Assembly (NCBI GenBank): GCA_016188915.1
Contig: JACPGU010000004.1
Location: forward strand, 40,198 to 104,197
Direction of reading: 5' to 3'
Origin: Candidatus Microgenomates bacterium
GTDB lineage: Bacteria > Patescibacteriota > JACPGU01
Length of the DNA stretch: 64,000 bases
A program made the position numbers and the translations under genes. Numbering within the stretch: position 1 is the first letter of the stretch; each line of letters begins with the position of its first letter. The notes beneath the pieces are model-generated. The model searched no databases, had not been told where the DNA came from, and worked only from the letters and a program-made list of their open reading frames with translations. This document shows, in pieces, positions 56,685 to 64,000 of this stretch.

Positions 56685-57764
56685 ATGGCAGAAAAAGACA
56701 TCCATGCTGATATTATGGACATTCCTCATTTAACCGACGACAAACCGGAAATTTTTGAATTACTCTTGCTTGGCCTGGAAAGAAAAGCATCGGATTTGCA
56801 TCTTTCGGCGGGGCATCCGCCTATTTTGAGGATAGACGGCAAATTGTTGCCTGTTTTGGAAAGGCCAAGATTAACGCCTGGCTATATTGAAAAATTAGTG
56901 GGGTTACTTTTGACCGATGATCAGAAAAAAATCTTGAAAGAAAAAAAAGAATTGGATTTTTCTTACATTTTTCGCGACCAGGCTTTTTTGAGAGCTAATG
57001 CTTTTTATCAAAAAAATAGTATCGCCTGTATCATTCGTCTTATTCCGTCACAGATCCGTGATTTTGAATCTCTGTCTTTGCCTCCTTCGGTAAAAAAGTT
57101 CGCTACCTACAATCAGGGTTTGGTTTTGGTGACTGGACCGGCCGGTAGTGGCAAATCTACTACTATTGCCTCTATCATAGATGAAATAAATCGTACCAAA
57201 TCAGAACATATTTTGACCATTGAGGATCCAATAGAATATGTTTTTTCTCCTAAAAAAAGCGTAATCAATCAGCGCGAAGTGGGGCGCGACACCAATAGTT
57301 TTTCCGATGCCTTAAAAGCGGCCCTGAGGGAAGATTTCAACGTAATCTTAATCGGCGAATTGCGAGATGCCGAATCTATCGAGACAGCTCTAACTATCGC
57401 AGAGACTGGGCATTTGGTTTTTGCCACCATTCATGCCGGTTCGGCTGTGGCGACGCCGGATCGAGTGGTTAATGCTTTTCCACCGCACTATCAGACACAG
57501 ATTCGCAGTCAATTGTCCAATGTTTTACTGGGAGTAATCGGTCAAAGGCTAGTGCCAAAAATAGATAACGGGCGCATTCCGGCGGTAGAAATAATGATGG
57601 TCAACCAAGCTATCGCGAATTCTATCAAAGAAGGCAAGACTGCTCAAATCAAATCTATCGTAGAGACCAGTCGCAGTGAAGGAATGGTCACTTTTGAACA
57701 ATCTCTATCAGCTCTTTTGGCTGATAAAAAAATTAATGAAGACGCCCTGCGAGGCTTAATCTAA
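56685..57764 (+). CDS. pilT: Twitching motility / retraction ATPase PilT
   Basis: Walker A GPAGSGKSTT, LTIEDPIEY, and an AIRNLIRE-like C-terminal motif. About 360 aa. Confidence 0.8.
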   Translation: MAEKDIHADIMDIPHLTDDKPEIFELLLLGLERKASDLHLSAGHPPILRIDGKLLPVLERPRLTPGYIEKLVGLLLTDDQKKILKEKKELDFSYIFRDQAFLRANAFYQKNSIACIIRLIPSQIRDFESLSLPPSVKKFATYNQGLVLVTGPAGSGKSTTIASIIDEINRTKSEHILTIEDPIEYVFSPKKSVINQREVGRDTNSFSDALKAALREDFNVILIGELRDAESIETALTIAETGHLVFATIHAGSAVATPDRVVNAFPPHYQTQIRSQLSNVLLGVIGQRLVPKIDNGRIPAVEIMMVNQAIANSIKEGKTAQIKSIVETSRSEGMVTFEQSLSALLADKKINEDALRGLI

Positions 57765-57768
57765 AAAT

Positions 57769-58983
57769 ATGGATCGTTATTCTTATGAAGCAAAAGACAA
57801 AATGGGGAAATTGGTCAAAGGCCTGGTGGAGGCTGATAGTTTTGATGCCGTAGATGATATTCTGCGCTACAACAAATTGACAGCTCTCTCTATCCGCCCC
57901 TATATGTCATCGGAAGATAGGATAAAAAATTATTTTCGCTCTGTTGTCGCGAAGATTCGCCCCAAAGACAAGGCTATTTTTGCCAGACAATTAGCCACAA
58001 TGATCAATGCCGGCCTACCTCTGATGGAGGCTTTAAGATCTTTGTTAAAACAAACTCCAAACAAAAATCTAGTAGCTGTTATTTTGAAAATAATCAGTAT
58101 GATTGAAAAGGGCAAAAGCTTTTCTTACGCTATAGCTCAATTCCCCTTTGTTTTTTCTCCTGTTTTTGTCAGTATGGTCAAAAGCGGCGAGGCTTCGGGT
58201 AAAATGGATAAAGTTTTGCTGGATTTGGCCGAACAACTGGAGAGTGATTACGCCTTACGCTCCAAAATCCGTGGCGCGATGATCTATCCTGCCTTTATTT
58301 TGTCGGCGATGTTGGTGGTGGGGGTTTTTGCCATTGTCTATATCATTCCTAGCCTGGAAGAAGTTTTCACCGGCGCCGGGGCGAAATTGCCAGCTACCAC
58401 TTATTTTTTGATCGCGCTGTCACATGCTTTAAGCAATTTTTGGTATCTTTTTGTACTGGGCATAATTATCATTATAGCTTTTTTGCGCTACCTTATGTCC
58501 ACTAATACGGGCAAGACTTTTTTGGGCTATATGGCGATGAAAATACCGGTTTTTGGCAAAATAAACCTGGGGATATATATCGCTCATTTTGCCCGCAATT
58601 TGGGGCTTTTGATGGCGGGTGGAGTGCCTATTGTCAAATCTTTGAGCATGGTTTCAGAATCAGTGGGTAATATTTTGATAGAAAGAGAAATCAAAGATTA
58701 TGTGATGCAAGTAGAGCAGGGCATCCCTTTGTCGGAGCCGGTCGCCAAAAGCAAATATTTCCCGACCCTAGTAGCTTCTATGGTCGCGGTGGGGGAGCAG
58801 ACGGGGCAGATGGACAAAATCTTAATTAATCTTGCCAATATTTATGAGGAAGAGACGAATAATACCTTGAAAGGCTTAACTTCTCTTTTGGAGCCGGTGA
58901 TTATGTTGATTATTGGTTTGGGAGTAGCCTTTTTGGTAGTTTCTATAATTATGCCGATATTCCAGCTGTCTAATGTTTTTTAA
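57769..58983 (+). CDS. pilC: Type IV pilus inner-membrane platform protein PilC (GspF family)
   Basis: Duplicated GspF domain. 404 aa, 3-4 TM helices. Confidence 0.8.
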   Translation: MDRYSYEAKDKMGKLVKGLVEADSFDAVDDILRYNKLTALSIRPYMSSEDRIKNYFRSVVAKIRPKDKAIFARQLATMINAGLPLMEALRSLLKQTPNKNLVAVILKIISMIEKGKSFSYAIAQFPFVFSPVFVSMVKSGEASGKMDKVLLDLAEQLESDYALRSKIRGAMIYPAFILSAMLVVGVFAIVYIIPSLEEVFTGAGAKLPATTYFLIALSHALSNFWYLFVLGIIIIIAFLRYLMSTNTGKTFLGYMAMKIPVFGKINLGIYIAHFARNLGLLMAGGVPIVKSLSMVSESVGNILIEREIKDYVMQVEQGIPLSEPVAKSKYFPTLVASMVAVGEQTGQMDKILINLANIYEEETNNTLKGLTSLLEPVIMLIIGLGVAFLVVSIIMPIFQLSNVF

Positions 58984-59014
58984 GATATGTGGATAACTTT
59001 TCTTTTATTTTAGG

Positions 59015-59059
59015 TTATAATATCAATAATATAGAAATATTTTTCAAAAAGGAGTATCA
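59015..59059 (+). promoter_or_regulatory. pilA promoter and RBS: a perfect -10 TATAAT in tagGTTATAATatc and an AAAGGAG SD 8 nt before the ATG
   Basis: Read directly. Confidence 0.4.
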
Positions 59060-59521
59060 ATGCAAAAAAATCAAAAAGGTTTCACCTTGATTGAACTTTT
59101 GGTAGTTATCGCTATCATCGGCGCCTTGGCGGCTATTGGTCTGACCAATTTTTCTTCCGCCAGAAAAAAATCTCGCGACACCAAAAGAGTAGCCGATATG
59201 GATTATGCCTCCAAGGCCCTGGAGCAGTATTTCATGGATAATAATACGTATGTTCCAGCGGCTACTTTTGAAGTCGCTATCAATACCACCCTGAAGGACG
59301 CGGGCTATACGGAAAGAGATATCAAGGCGGTGTCTTCTGCCGCTTACCCATATAAATATTGCGTAAGTTCTGATGGTTTGTATTACAAGGTGACTGCCAA
59401 ATTTGAAAATGCGAACAACCCGGCGTTAACAGAAGATGAAGGTTCAGACGATACGCTGTATGAAGTAGGCAACGCGACTGGTAGTAACAGTGGTAAAGTA
59501 ACAGCAGGCGATTGCTCTTAA
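59060..59521 (+). CDS. pilA: Type IV major pilin
   Basis: Class III signal MQKNQKG|FTLIELLVVIAIIGALAAIG, Cys pair near the C-terminus, followed by a strong terminator. Confidence 0.8.
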   Translation: MQKNQKGFTLIELLVVIAIIGALAAIGLTNFSSARKKSRDTKRVADMDYASKALEQYFMDNNTYVPAATFEVAINTTLKDAGYTERDIKAVSSAAYPYKYCVSSDGLYYKVTAKFENANNPALTEDEGSDDTLYEVGNATGSNSGKVTAGDCS

Positions 59522-59545
59522 TATCTTTAAGCGATTTGTATTTTT

Positions 59546-59585
59546 AAGCAAGGAAAATGCTGGTCATTTTCCTTGCTTGATTTAA
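59546..59585 (+). terminator. Strong rho-independent terminator (14-bp perfect stem AAGCAAGGAAAATG/CATTTTCCTTGCTT)
   Basis: Read directly after pilA. Confidence 0.8.
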
Positions 59586-59607
59586 TCATCACGATGTCAA
59601 TTCTCCT

Positions 59608-60411
59608 ATGAATATCTTACTTTTTTTTATCCTAGGCTCTGTGATGGGGAGTTTTCTTTCGGTGGCGATCAAGAGATTGCCTATTGATGAAACTATCGTC
59701 TGGGGTAGGAGTCATTGTTTTTCCTGCCGGACCAAAATATTAGCGCGTGATTTGATCCCACTTGCTTCTTTTTTCATTTTGCGCGGGCGTTGCCGAAATT
59801 GTCAGCAGAAAATCAGTTATTTTTACCCGTTACTTGAAATAATGACCGGGCTTATTTTTGTGGCCGTATATTATCGTTTTTATGATGTTTTGGCGGGATT
59901 AAATCTTTACCTTTTTTTTACTTTTTATCTTTTAGCGATAATGGCGCTTTTGATTATTTTGTTTACCGACTTTTTTTATTTTTTTGTGCCGGACAGAATA
60001 ACCGTACCGGCTATTATCATATCTTTGATCTTGAGCTCGCTTAATATTTTTTTGTCGCCAAAATATGGGACAGATTTTTTTATCTACGCGCCTTTTTGGG
60101 GCAATCTTTTGGGTGGCGCGCTGATTGGAGCGGGTTTTTTTTTCTTATTAGTTTTTTTATCAAAAGAGCGTTGGATGGGCTGGGGAGATGTAAAATTGGG
60201 ACTTTTTTTAGGTATTATTTTGGGATGGCCACTGATATTGATAAATCTTTTAGTTGCTTTTATTGCCGGTGGATTTTGGGGCGCTTTTTTAATTATTTTG
60301 AAAAAAAAGAAAAAAACAGATGTTTTGCCCTTCGCGCCCTTTTTGGTCATGGGGTTTTTTATCGCATTTTTTTGGGGTAAATATATTATTCAATGGTACA
60401 ATGGGGTATAG
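59608..60411 (+). CDS. pilD: Prepilin peptidase PilD (A24 family)
   Basis: N-terminal CFSC...CRNC tetracysteine, multi-TM, and a GWGDVKLG catalytic Asp region. Confidence 0.8.
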   Translation: MNILLFFILGSVMGSFLSVAIKRLPIDETIVWGRSHCFSCRTKILARDLIPLASFFILRGRCRNCQQKISYFYPLLEIMTGLIFVAVYYRFYDVLAGLNLYLFFTFYLLAIMALLIILFTDFFYFFVPDRITVPAIIISLILSSLNIFLSPKYGTDFFIYAPFWGNLLGGALIGAGFFFLLVFLSKERWMGWGDVKLGLFLGIILGWPLILINLLVAFIAGGFWGAFLIILKKKKKTDVLPFAPFLVMGFFIAFFWGKYIIQWYNGV

Positions 60412-60428
60412 GTAAGAGGTAAATTAGC

Positions 60429-60502
60429 ACAGGTAAAAGGTTATAGATAAAAAATAACAGACAGGGAATAGGCTATAGGTTAATGTCAAGTATCATTCGT
60501 AA
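60429..60502. repeat. About 75-bp upstream element, copy 1 (duplicated at 61602-61676, about 95% identical)
   Basis: cacaggtaaaaggttatagataaaaaataacagacagggaataggctataggttaatgtcaagtatcattcgtaa compared with acgcaggtaaaaggttatagataaaaaataacagatagggaataggttataggttaatgtcaagtatcattcgtaa. Confidence 0.7.
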
Positions 60503-60543
60503 TTCGTATATTCGGTCTTGATTCGTATATTCGTAGTAATATT

Positions 60544-61140
60544 ATGTTCAAAACAAACAAAAAAAATGGTTTTACCTTGATAGAAATTTTAGTAGTTATT
60601 TCTATTATTATTCTTTTGCTGGGCATTGCCACCCCATCTTTTCGCACCTATACTTACAATAGCCACATCAGAGATAGCGCCAAAGCTATTCGTTCTCTTT
60701 TGTGGGAGGCGCAAGGTTTTTCTCTCGCGCCACGCGATACCGAAACGACTAAATACATCGTAGATTTGACCGCGGGCTCAAACATTGCCCCGATTATTAT
60801 CAAAAAAGCTTACAATGTGGCCAACCCCGCTGTTCCTGGAACTTTTACGGAAAATATTGATCCCAGCCCCAATCTTTCCTCTGCTAAAATATTTTCCGAA
60901 GTGGTGGTGGAAAAAATTAGTTTTTACAAAGCATCTGGAGGTAGCGCGCTCTCTGCCACCGATACGAGATTTGCTTTTTTGGTTGGCAATAGAACGGGAG
61001 GGCAGATAAAAATCACGAGCTCTGTTTCGACAGAAGAGGCAAATAAAGCGGAGATTATCATAGGCTCGCCTAGAGCAAAATTGAAATACAAAATTACCGT
61101 AAGCGCCGCGGCTAATAATATTACTATTATTCGCCAATAA
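60544..61140 (+). CDS. Type IV pilin-like pseudopilin / minor pilin
   Basis: MFKTNKKNG|FTLIEILVVISII class III signal. Confidence 0.7.
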   Translation: MFKTNKKNGFTLIEILVVISIIILLLGIATPSFRTYTYNSHIRDSAKAIRSLLWEAQGFSLAPRDTETTKYIVDLTAGSNIAPIIIKKAYNVANPAVPGTFTENIDPSPNLSSAKIFSEVVVEKISFYKASGGSALSATDTRFAFLVGNRTGGQIKITSSVSTEEANKAEIIIGSPRAKLKYKITVSAAANNITIIRQ

Positions 61141-61143
61141 AAT

Positions 61144-61596
61144 ATGTTTGAAACAAAAAAGAAAAATGGATTTGGACTGATAGAGGTTTTGGTTAGCATT
61201 GCTATTTTGACGGCGGTGGTTTTGACGCTGAATTTTTTGGCGCAGATGGCCTATTATAGTTGGGAAAACGCGCAGTACAAAACGGCAGCTTATAATATTA
61301 TTCAAGACGCGACAGAATATATTCGCAATACTCGCGATCAGAATGTCGGCACCAGCAATGGGTGGTTTGCCGGTCTTGCTACCCAAGCAGAGATAGAAAA
61401 AAATAATGGGCTAATCACAATGCCCTCTGGCTTTACCCGCGAAATAAAGGTGAGTGATGTGGCCTCTGACATCGTTTATGAAGGTACTGCTTTATCTAAA
61501 AAAAAGGTAGAAATAAAAGTTTCGTGGAAAGAAAGGAGAGGGGAGAGATCCCTTGCCAGCGTTACTTATTTTACCGACTGGAAGAGCAAATACTAG
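61144..61596 (+). CDS. Type IV pilin-like pseudopilin / minor pilin
   Basis: MFETKKKNG|FGLIEVLVSIAIL. Confidence 0.7.
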   Translation: MFETKKKNGFGLIEVLVSIAILTAVVLTLNFLAQMAYYSWENAQYKTAAYNIIQDATEYIRNTRDQNVGTSNGWFAGLATQAEIEKNNGLITMPSGFTREIKVSDVASDIVYEGTALSKKKVEIKVSWKERRGERSLASVTYFTDWKSKY

Positions 61597-61601
61597 GGTT
61601 A

Positions 61602-61676
61602 ACGCAGGTAAAAGGTTATAGATAAAAAATAACAGATAGGGAATAGGTTATAGGTTAATGTCAAGTATCATTCGTA
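61602..61676. repeat. About 75-bp upstream element, copy 2
   Basis: See copy 1. Confidence 0.7.
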
Positions 61677-61715
61677 AATTTGTATATTTGTATTCAATTT
61701 GTAAATTCGCAGTAT

Positions 61716-62342
61716 ATGCCCAAAACAAACAAAAAAAATGGATTTACTTTGATAGAGCTTTTGGTGGCAACGGCTATTTTTGCTACTTTTGTTACGGTCT
61801 CATCTAGATTCTTGGTTAATGTGGTGCGGCTAGAACAAAAAGCCAATGTTTTGCGCCAAACCCAGCAAGACACGCGCTATGTTTTAGAATCCATCATGCG
61901 CGAGGCCAAGACGGCTAACGGAGAATTTGACAACAAGATATCGGCTAACGGAAGGCGCAAAATACACGCCTATCAATATGAGCCGTTGACCGGAACGCCG
62001 AATAAATTTGTTATTTATACTACTGATTTTACTAATAATCAGGTATGGAAAATGGTTTATTCTTGGAGCGGGGGAGTAGTCTCGATAGAAAAATACAAAA
62101 AATCTCTTGGGACGATTGGCGCTACCTATGCTTTGGTCTCGCAGACTCCCTTAAACGATGTTAATTATACCTATGTGGATAAATTTTCTTTTGCCGTAAG
62201 CGGGCTGTCTTCTGATTTGAGTTTGCCGCCCAGAGTGGCTATTACTATTGAAGCTTCCAGCGCGCCGAGCAAAACATCTGATAGCAAAATTTTGCAGGCC
62301 AAAACAGTTTTGGTATCTTCGGCAACTTCTCGCAGCTATTAA
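61716..62342 (+). CDS. Type IV pilin-like pseudopilin / minor pilin
   Basis: MPKTNKKNG|FTLIELLVATAIF. The track ORF start at 61680 is an upstream extension. Confidence 0.7.
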   Translation: MPKTNKKNGFTLIELLVATAIFATFVTVSSRFLVNVVRLEQKANVLRQTQQDTRYVLESIMREAKTANGEFDNKISANGRRKIHAYQYEPLTGTPNKFVIYTTDFTNNQVWKMVYSWSGGVVSIEKYKKSLGTIGATYALVSQTPLNDVNYTYVDKFSFAVSGLSSDLSLPPRVAITIEASSAPSKTSDSKILQAKTVLVSSATSRSY

Positions 62343-62344
62343 AT

Positions 62345-62379
62345 ATGAATTATGAATTATGAATCGTGAATTATGAATA
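62345..62379. repeat. Tandem heptamer repeat (ATGAATT)x5. Its inverted partner (AATTCAT)x4-5 lies at 62750-62780.
   Basis: atgaattatgaattatgaatcgtgaattatgaata, and on the other side aattcataactcataattcatgattcatcat. The 4HB gene's start and stop codons and the rnhA start codon all lie inside these repeats. Confidence 0.7.
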
Positions 62380-62765
62380 GTTCAAAAGACAAAATAAAAT
62401 CTTTTACCGATCTTAATGCATGGAAAGAAGCGCATAAATTGGTGTTAATGGTTTACAGAATAACAAAAAAAATTCCGTCAGAAGAATTGTTTTGTCTAAC
62501 GAGTCAAATCAGAAGGGCAACTATATCTATAACTTCCAATATCGCAGAGGGATTTAGCAGAAATTTCAATAAAGAAAAAGCGCAATTTTATACTGTAGCA
62601 TTGGGGTCCTTGACTGAATTGCAGAATCAAATTTTAGCTGCTCGAGATATAGGCTATATACCAAAAGAAGATTTCACTTTAATGGCTGATCAAACGATAG
62701 TGGTGAGTAAGCTCATAAACGGGCTAATCAAATCTACTCGCAATAACATAATTCATAACTCATAA
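62373..62765 (+). CDS. Four-helix-bundle protein (family typically found inside 23S rRNA intervening sequences)
   Basis: Central SQIRRATISITSNIAEGFSRNF motif and length of about 130 aa match the 'four helix bundle / 23S rRNA IVS protein' family. Confidence 0.6.
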   Translation: MNSSKDKIKSFTDLNAWKEAHKLVLMVYRITKKIPSEELFCLTSQIRRATISITSNIAEGFSRNFNKEKAQFYTVALGSLTELQNQILAARDIGYIPKEDFTLMADQTIVVSKLINGLIKSTRNNIIHNS

Positions 62766-62768
62766 TTC

Positions 62769-63164
62769 ATGATTCATCATTTATATTCCGATGGAGGATC
62801 TAGGGGCAATCCGGGCAAAGCGGCGGGCGCTTTTGTTATTAAAAAAGATGAAAAAATAGTGGCGGAGGGCAGTATTTTTTTAGGCACAGCGACCAATAAT
62901 AAGGCTGAATACGCTGGATTGATTTTGGGCCTGGAAAAACTTTCCAGTCTCACCAAGGGGGAGGTGAGATGTTTTTTGGACAGCGAATTGGTGGTGAAGC
63001 AATTAAAAGGCGAATATCGGATCAAAGACGAGGGGCTAAAACCGCTTTTTGCCAAAGTCGTTCAGCTAAAAAATAATTTTGAAAAAATAACCTTCACCCA
63101 TATCAGAAGAGAAAAAAATAAAGAAGCAGATTTTTTAGTGAATAAAGAATTGGATAATAATTAG
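62769..63164 (+). CDS. rnhA: Ribonuclease HI
   Basis: Catalytic DEDD pattern: YSDGGSRGNPG (D), NNKAEYAGL (E), CFLDSELVV (D), NKEADFLV (D). Confidence 0.6.
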   Translation: MIHHLYSDGGSRGNPGKAAGAFVIKKDEKIVAEGSIFLGTATNNKAEYAGLILGLEKLSSLTKGEVRCFLDSELVVKQLKGEYRIKDEGLKPLFAKVVQLKNNFEKITFTHIRREKNKEADFLVNKELDNN

Positions 63165-63168
63165 CTTT

Positions 63169-63564
63169 ATGAGTAGAAAAATTATTTTTGTTATCGTGAG
63201 CCTAATTTTAATCCTTTCCATCGGCTTGCCCTACGCTATGCCCTATCTGGAAGATTTGCAAACTGATGTGGAAGAAACAGCCGATACTTTGGAGGAGAGA
63301 AAGCAGAAGAGCGAAAAAACAGCGGAGCAAAAAGGGCTGGAAGGGACAGTGCGTAAACTGGAAGCCTCTATCTATCAGCAGGGAACGCATTATTTGGAGG
63401 CAGATGGAATAACACTAGCTCTTTTGGAGTCTAGCTCGGGCATAAATTTGGATAGATATATTGGCAGAAACATTGTTGTTTATGGCACGCCTCGCCAGAC
63501 AGTAGAGGGCGACGGGGTGATTATTGATGTAGAAAGGGTAATCTCTCCTAACGTCGAACGTTAG
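63169..63564 (+). CDS. Small secreted hypothetical protein
   Basis: Signal-anchor IIFVIVSLILILSIGLPYA. A 9-bp perfect hairpin (CTCCTAACG tcga CGTTAGGAG) overlaps its stop. Confidence 0.35.
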   Translation: MSRKIIFVIVSLILILSIGLPYAMPYLEDLQTDVEETADTLEERKQKSEKTAEQKGLEGTVRKLEASIYQQGTHYLEADGITLALLESSSGINLDRYIGRNIVVYGTPRQTVEGDGVIIDVERVISPNVER

Positions 63565-63603
63565 GAGATTTACGTTGGCCCCTAAACGCTGTATAATATA
63601 GCC

Positions 63604-64000
63604 ATGCAAGCCGATGAAATCTTGAAGGGGCTCAACCCCGAGCAGAGAGAGGCCGTAGTGTATAACGACGGACCACTTTTGATTGTGGCAGGAGCGGGGA
63701 CGGGGAAAACAGGCGTTATTACTGCCAAAATAGCTTATTTAGTAGCGGAGAAAAAAGCCAAAGCATCGGAAATTTTGGCTCTTACTTTTACCAAAAAAGC
63801 GGCTTACGAGATGGAAGAAAGGGTGGACATTCTCCTGCCCTATGGCTACAACGATGTCAAAATTGCCACCTTCCACTCCTTTGCCGAAGAATTTTTGCGG
63901 GAAAATGCTTATTCTTTAGGGTTTTCTACTAATTTTCAATTGCTCTCCGATACGGCGCAAGTGATGTTTATAAGAGAGCATATTTTTGATTTTGACCTGA
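63604..64000 (+). CDS. uvrD: UvrD/PcrA-family DNA helicase (N-terminal part, continues beyond the window)
   Basis: LNPEQREAVVYNDGPLLIVAGAGTGKTGVITAKIAYL (motif I). A TATAAT lies 6 nt before the ATG, which suggests a leaderless transcript. Confidence 0.7.
   Translation, partial: MQADEILKGLNPEQREAVVYNDGPLLIVAGAGTGKTGVITAKIAYLVAEKKAKASEILALTFTKKAAYEMEERVDILLPYGYNDVKIATFHSFAEEFLRENAYSLGFSTNFQLLSDTAQVMFIREHIFDFDL

Noticed and set aside
1-64000. CRISPR array or cas genes
   Set aside because: No regularly spaced 25-40-bp direct repeats with unique spacers were seen. The tandem repeats present are the heptamers at 62345, the 240-bp intragenic repeats at 12351-13089 and the AT-rich low-complexity stretches. 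None has CRISPR architecture.

Overview
This low-GC window looks like a Patescibacteria/CPR-type chromosome segment; that assignment is my inference from gene content and is not verified. The housekeeping backbone is dense: murC, ftsQ, recJ, gpmI, murA, a sortase, a PBP1A, tyrS, argS, rpmB, holB, rpmG and tRNAs Leu, Pro, Tyr and Trp. Two accessory regions interrupt it.

(1) A roughly 15.9-kb integrated element at 27995-43857 sits exactly inside the anticodon loop of a tRNA-Thr(GGT) gene. The 5' half is at 27957-27994 and the 3' half at 43858-43899, with a 7-bp direct repeat ATGGTAA at both junctions. The element carries its own intact replacement tRNA-Thr(GGT), two tyrosine integrases and a small serine recombinase. 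Its cargo is membrane or secreted proteins: a membrane-anchored thermonuclease, small secreted proteins sharing a novel two-Cys C-terminal module, a secreted S1 protease, double-zinc-ribbon and coiled-coil membrane proteins, and a tight 5-gene operon of unknown function.

Immediately downstream is a cluster of tRNA fragments. An intact tRNA-Thr(TGT) is nested inside a second, decayed split tRNA.

(2) A type IV pilus locus runs from 53048 to 62342 (pilN, pilO, pilB, pilT, pilC, pilA, pilD and three pseudopilins). Upstream of it are five large secreted proteins. A duplicated 75-bp element and a recurring ATTCGTATATTCG operator-like motif lie in the pilus intergenic regions. A four-helix-bundle (23S-IVS-family) gene flanked by inverted heptamer tandem repeats follows.

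At 11767-14269 there is a large secreted protein with tandem cysteine-rich repeats followed by NHL-type repeats. No CRISPR array or rRNA gene is present. Coordinates I derived by hand may be off by 1-2 nt.
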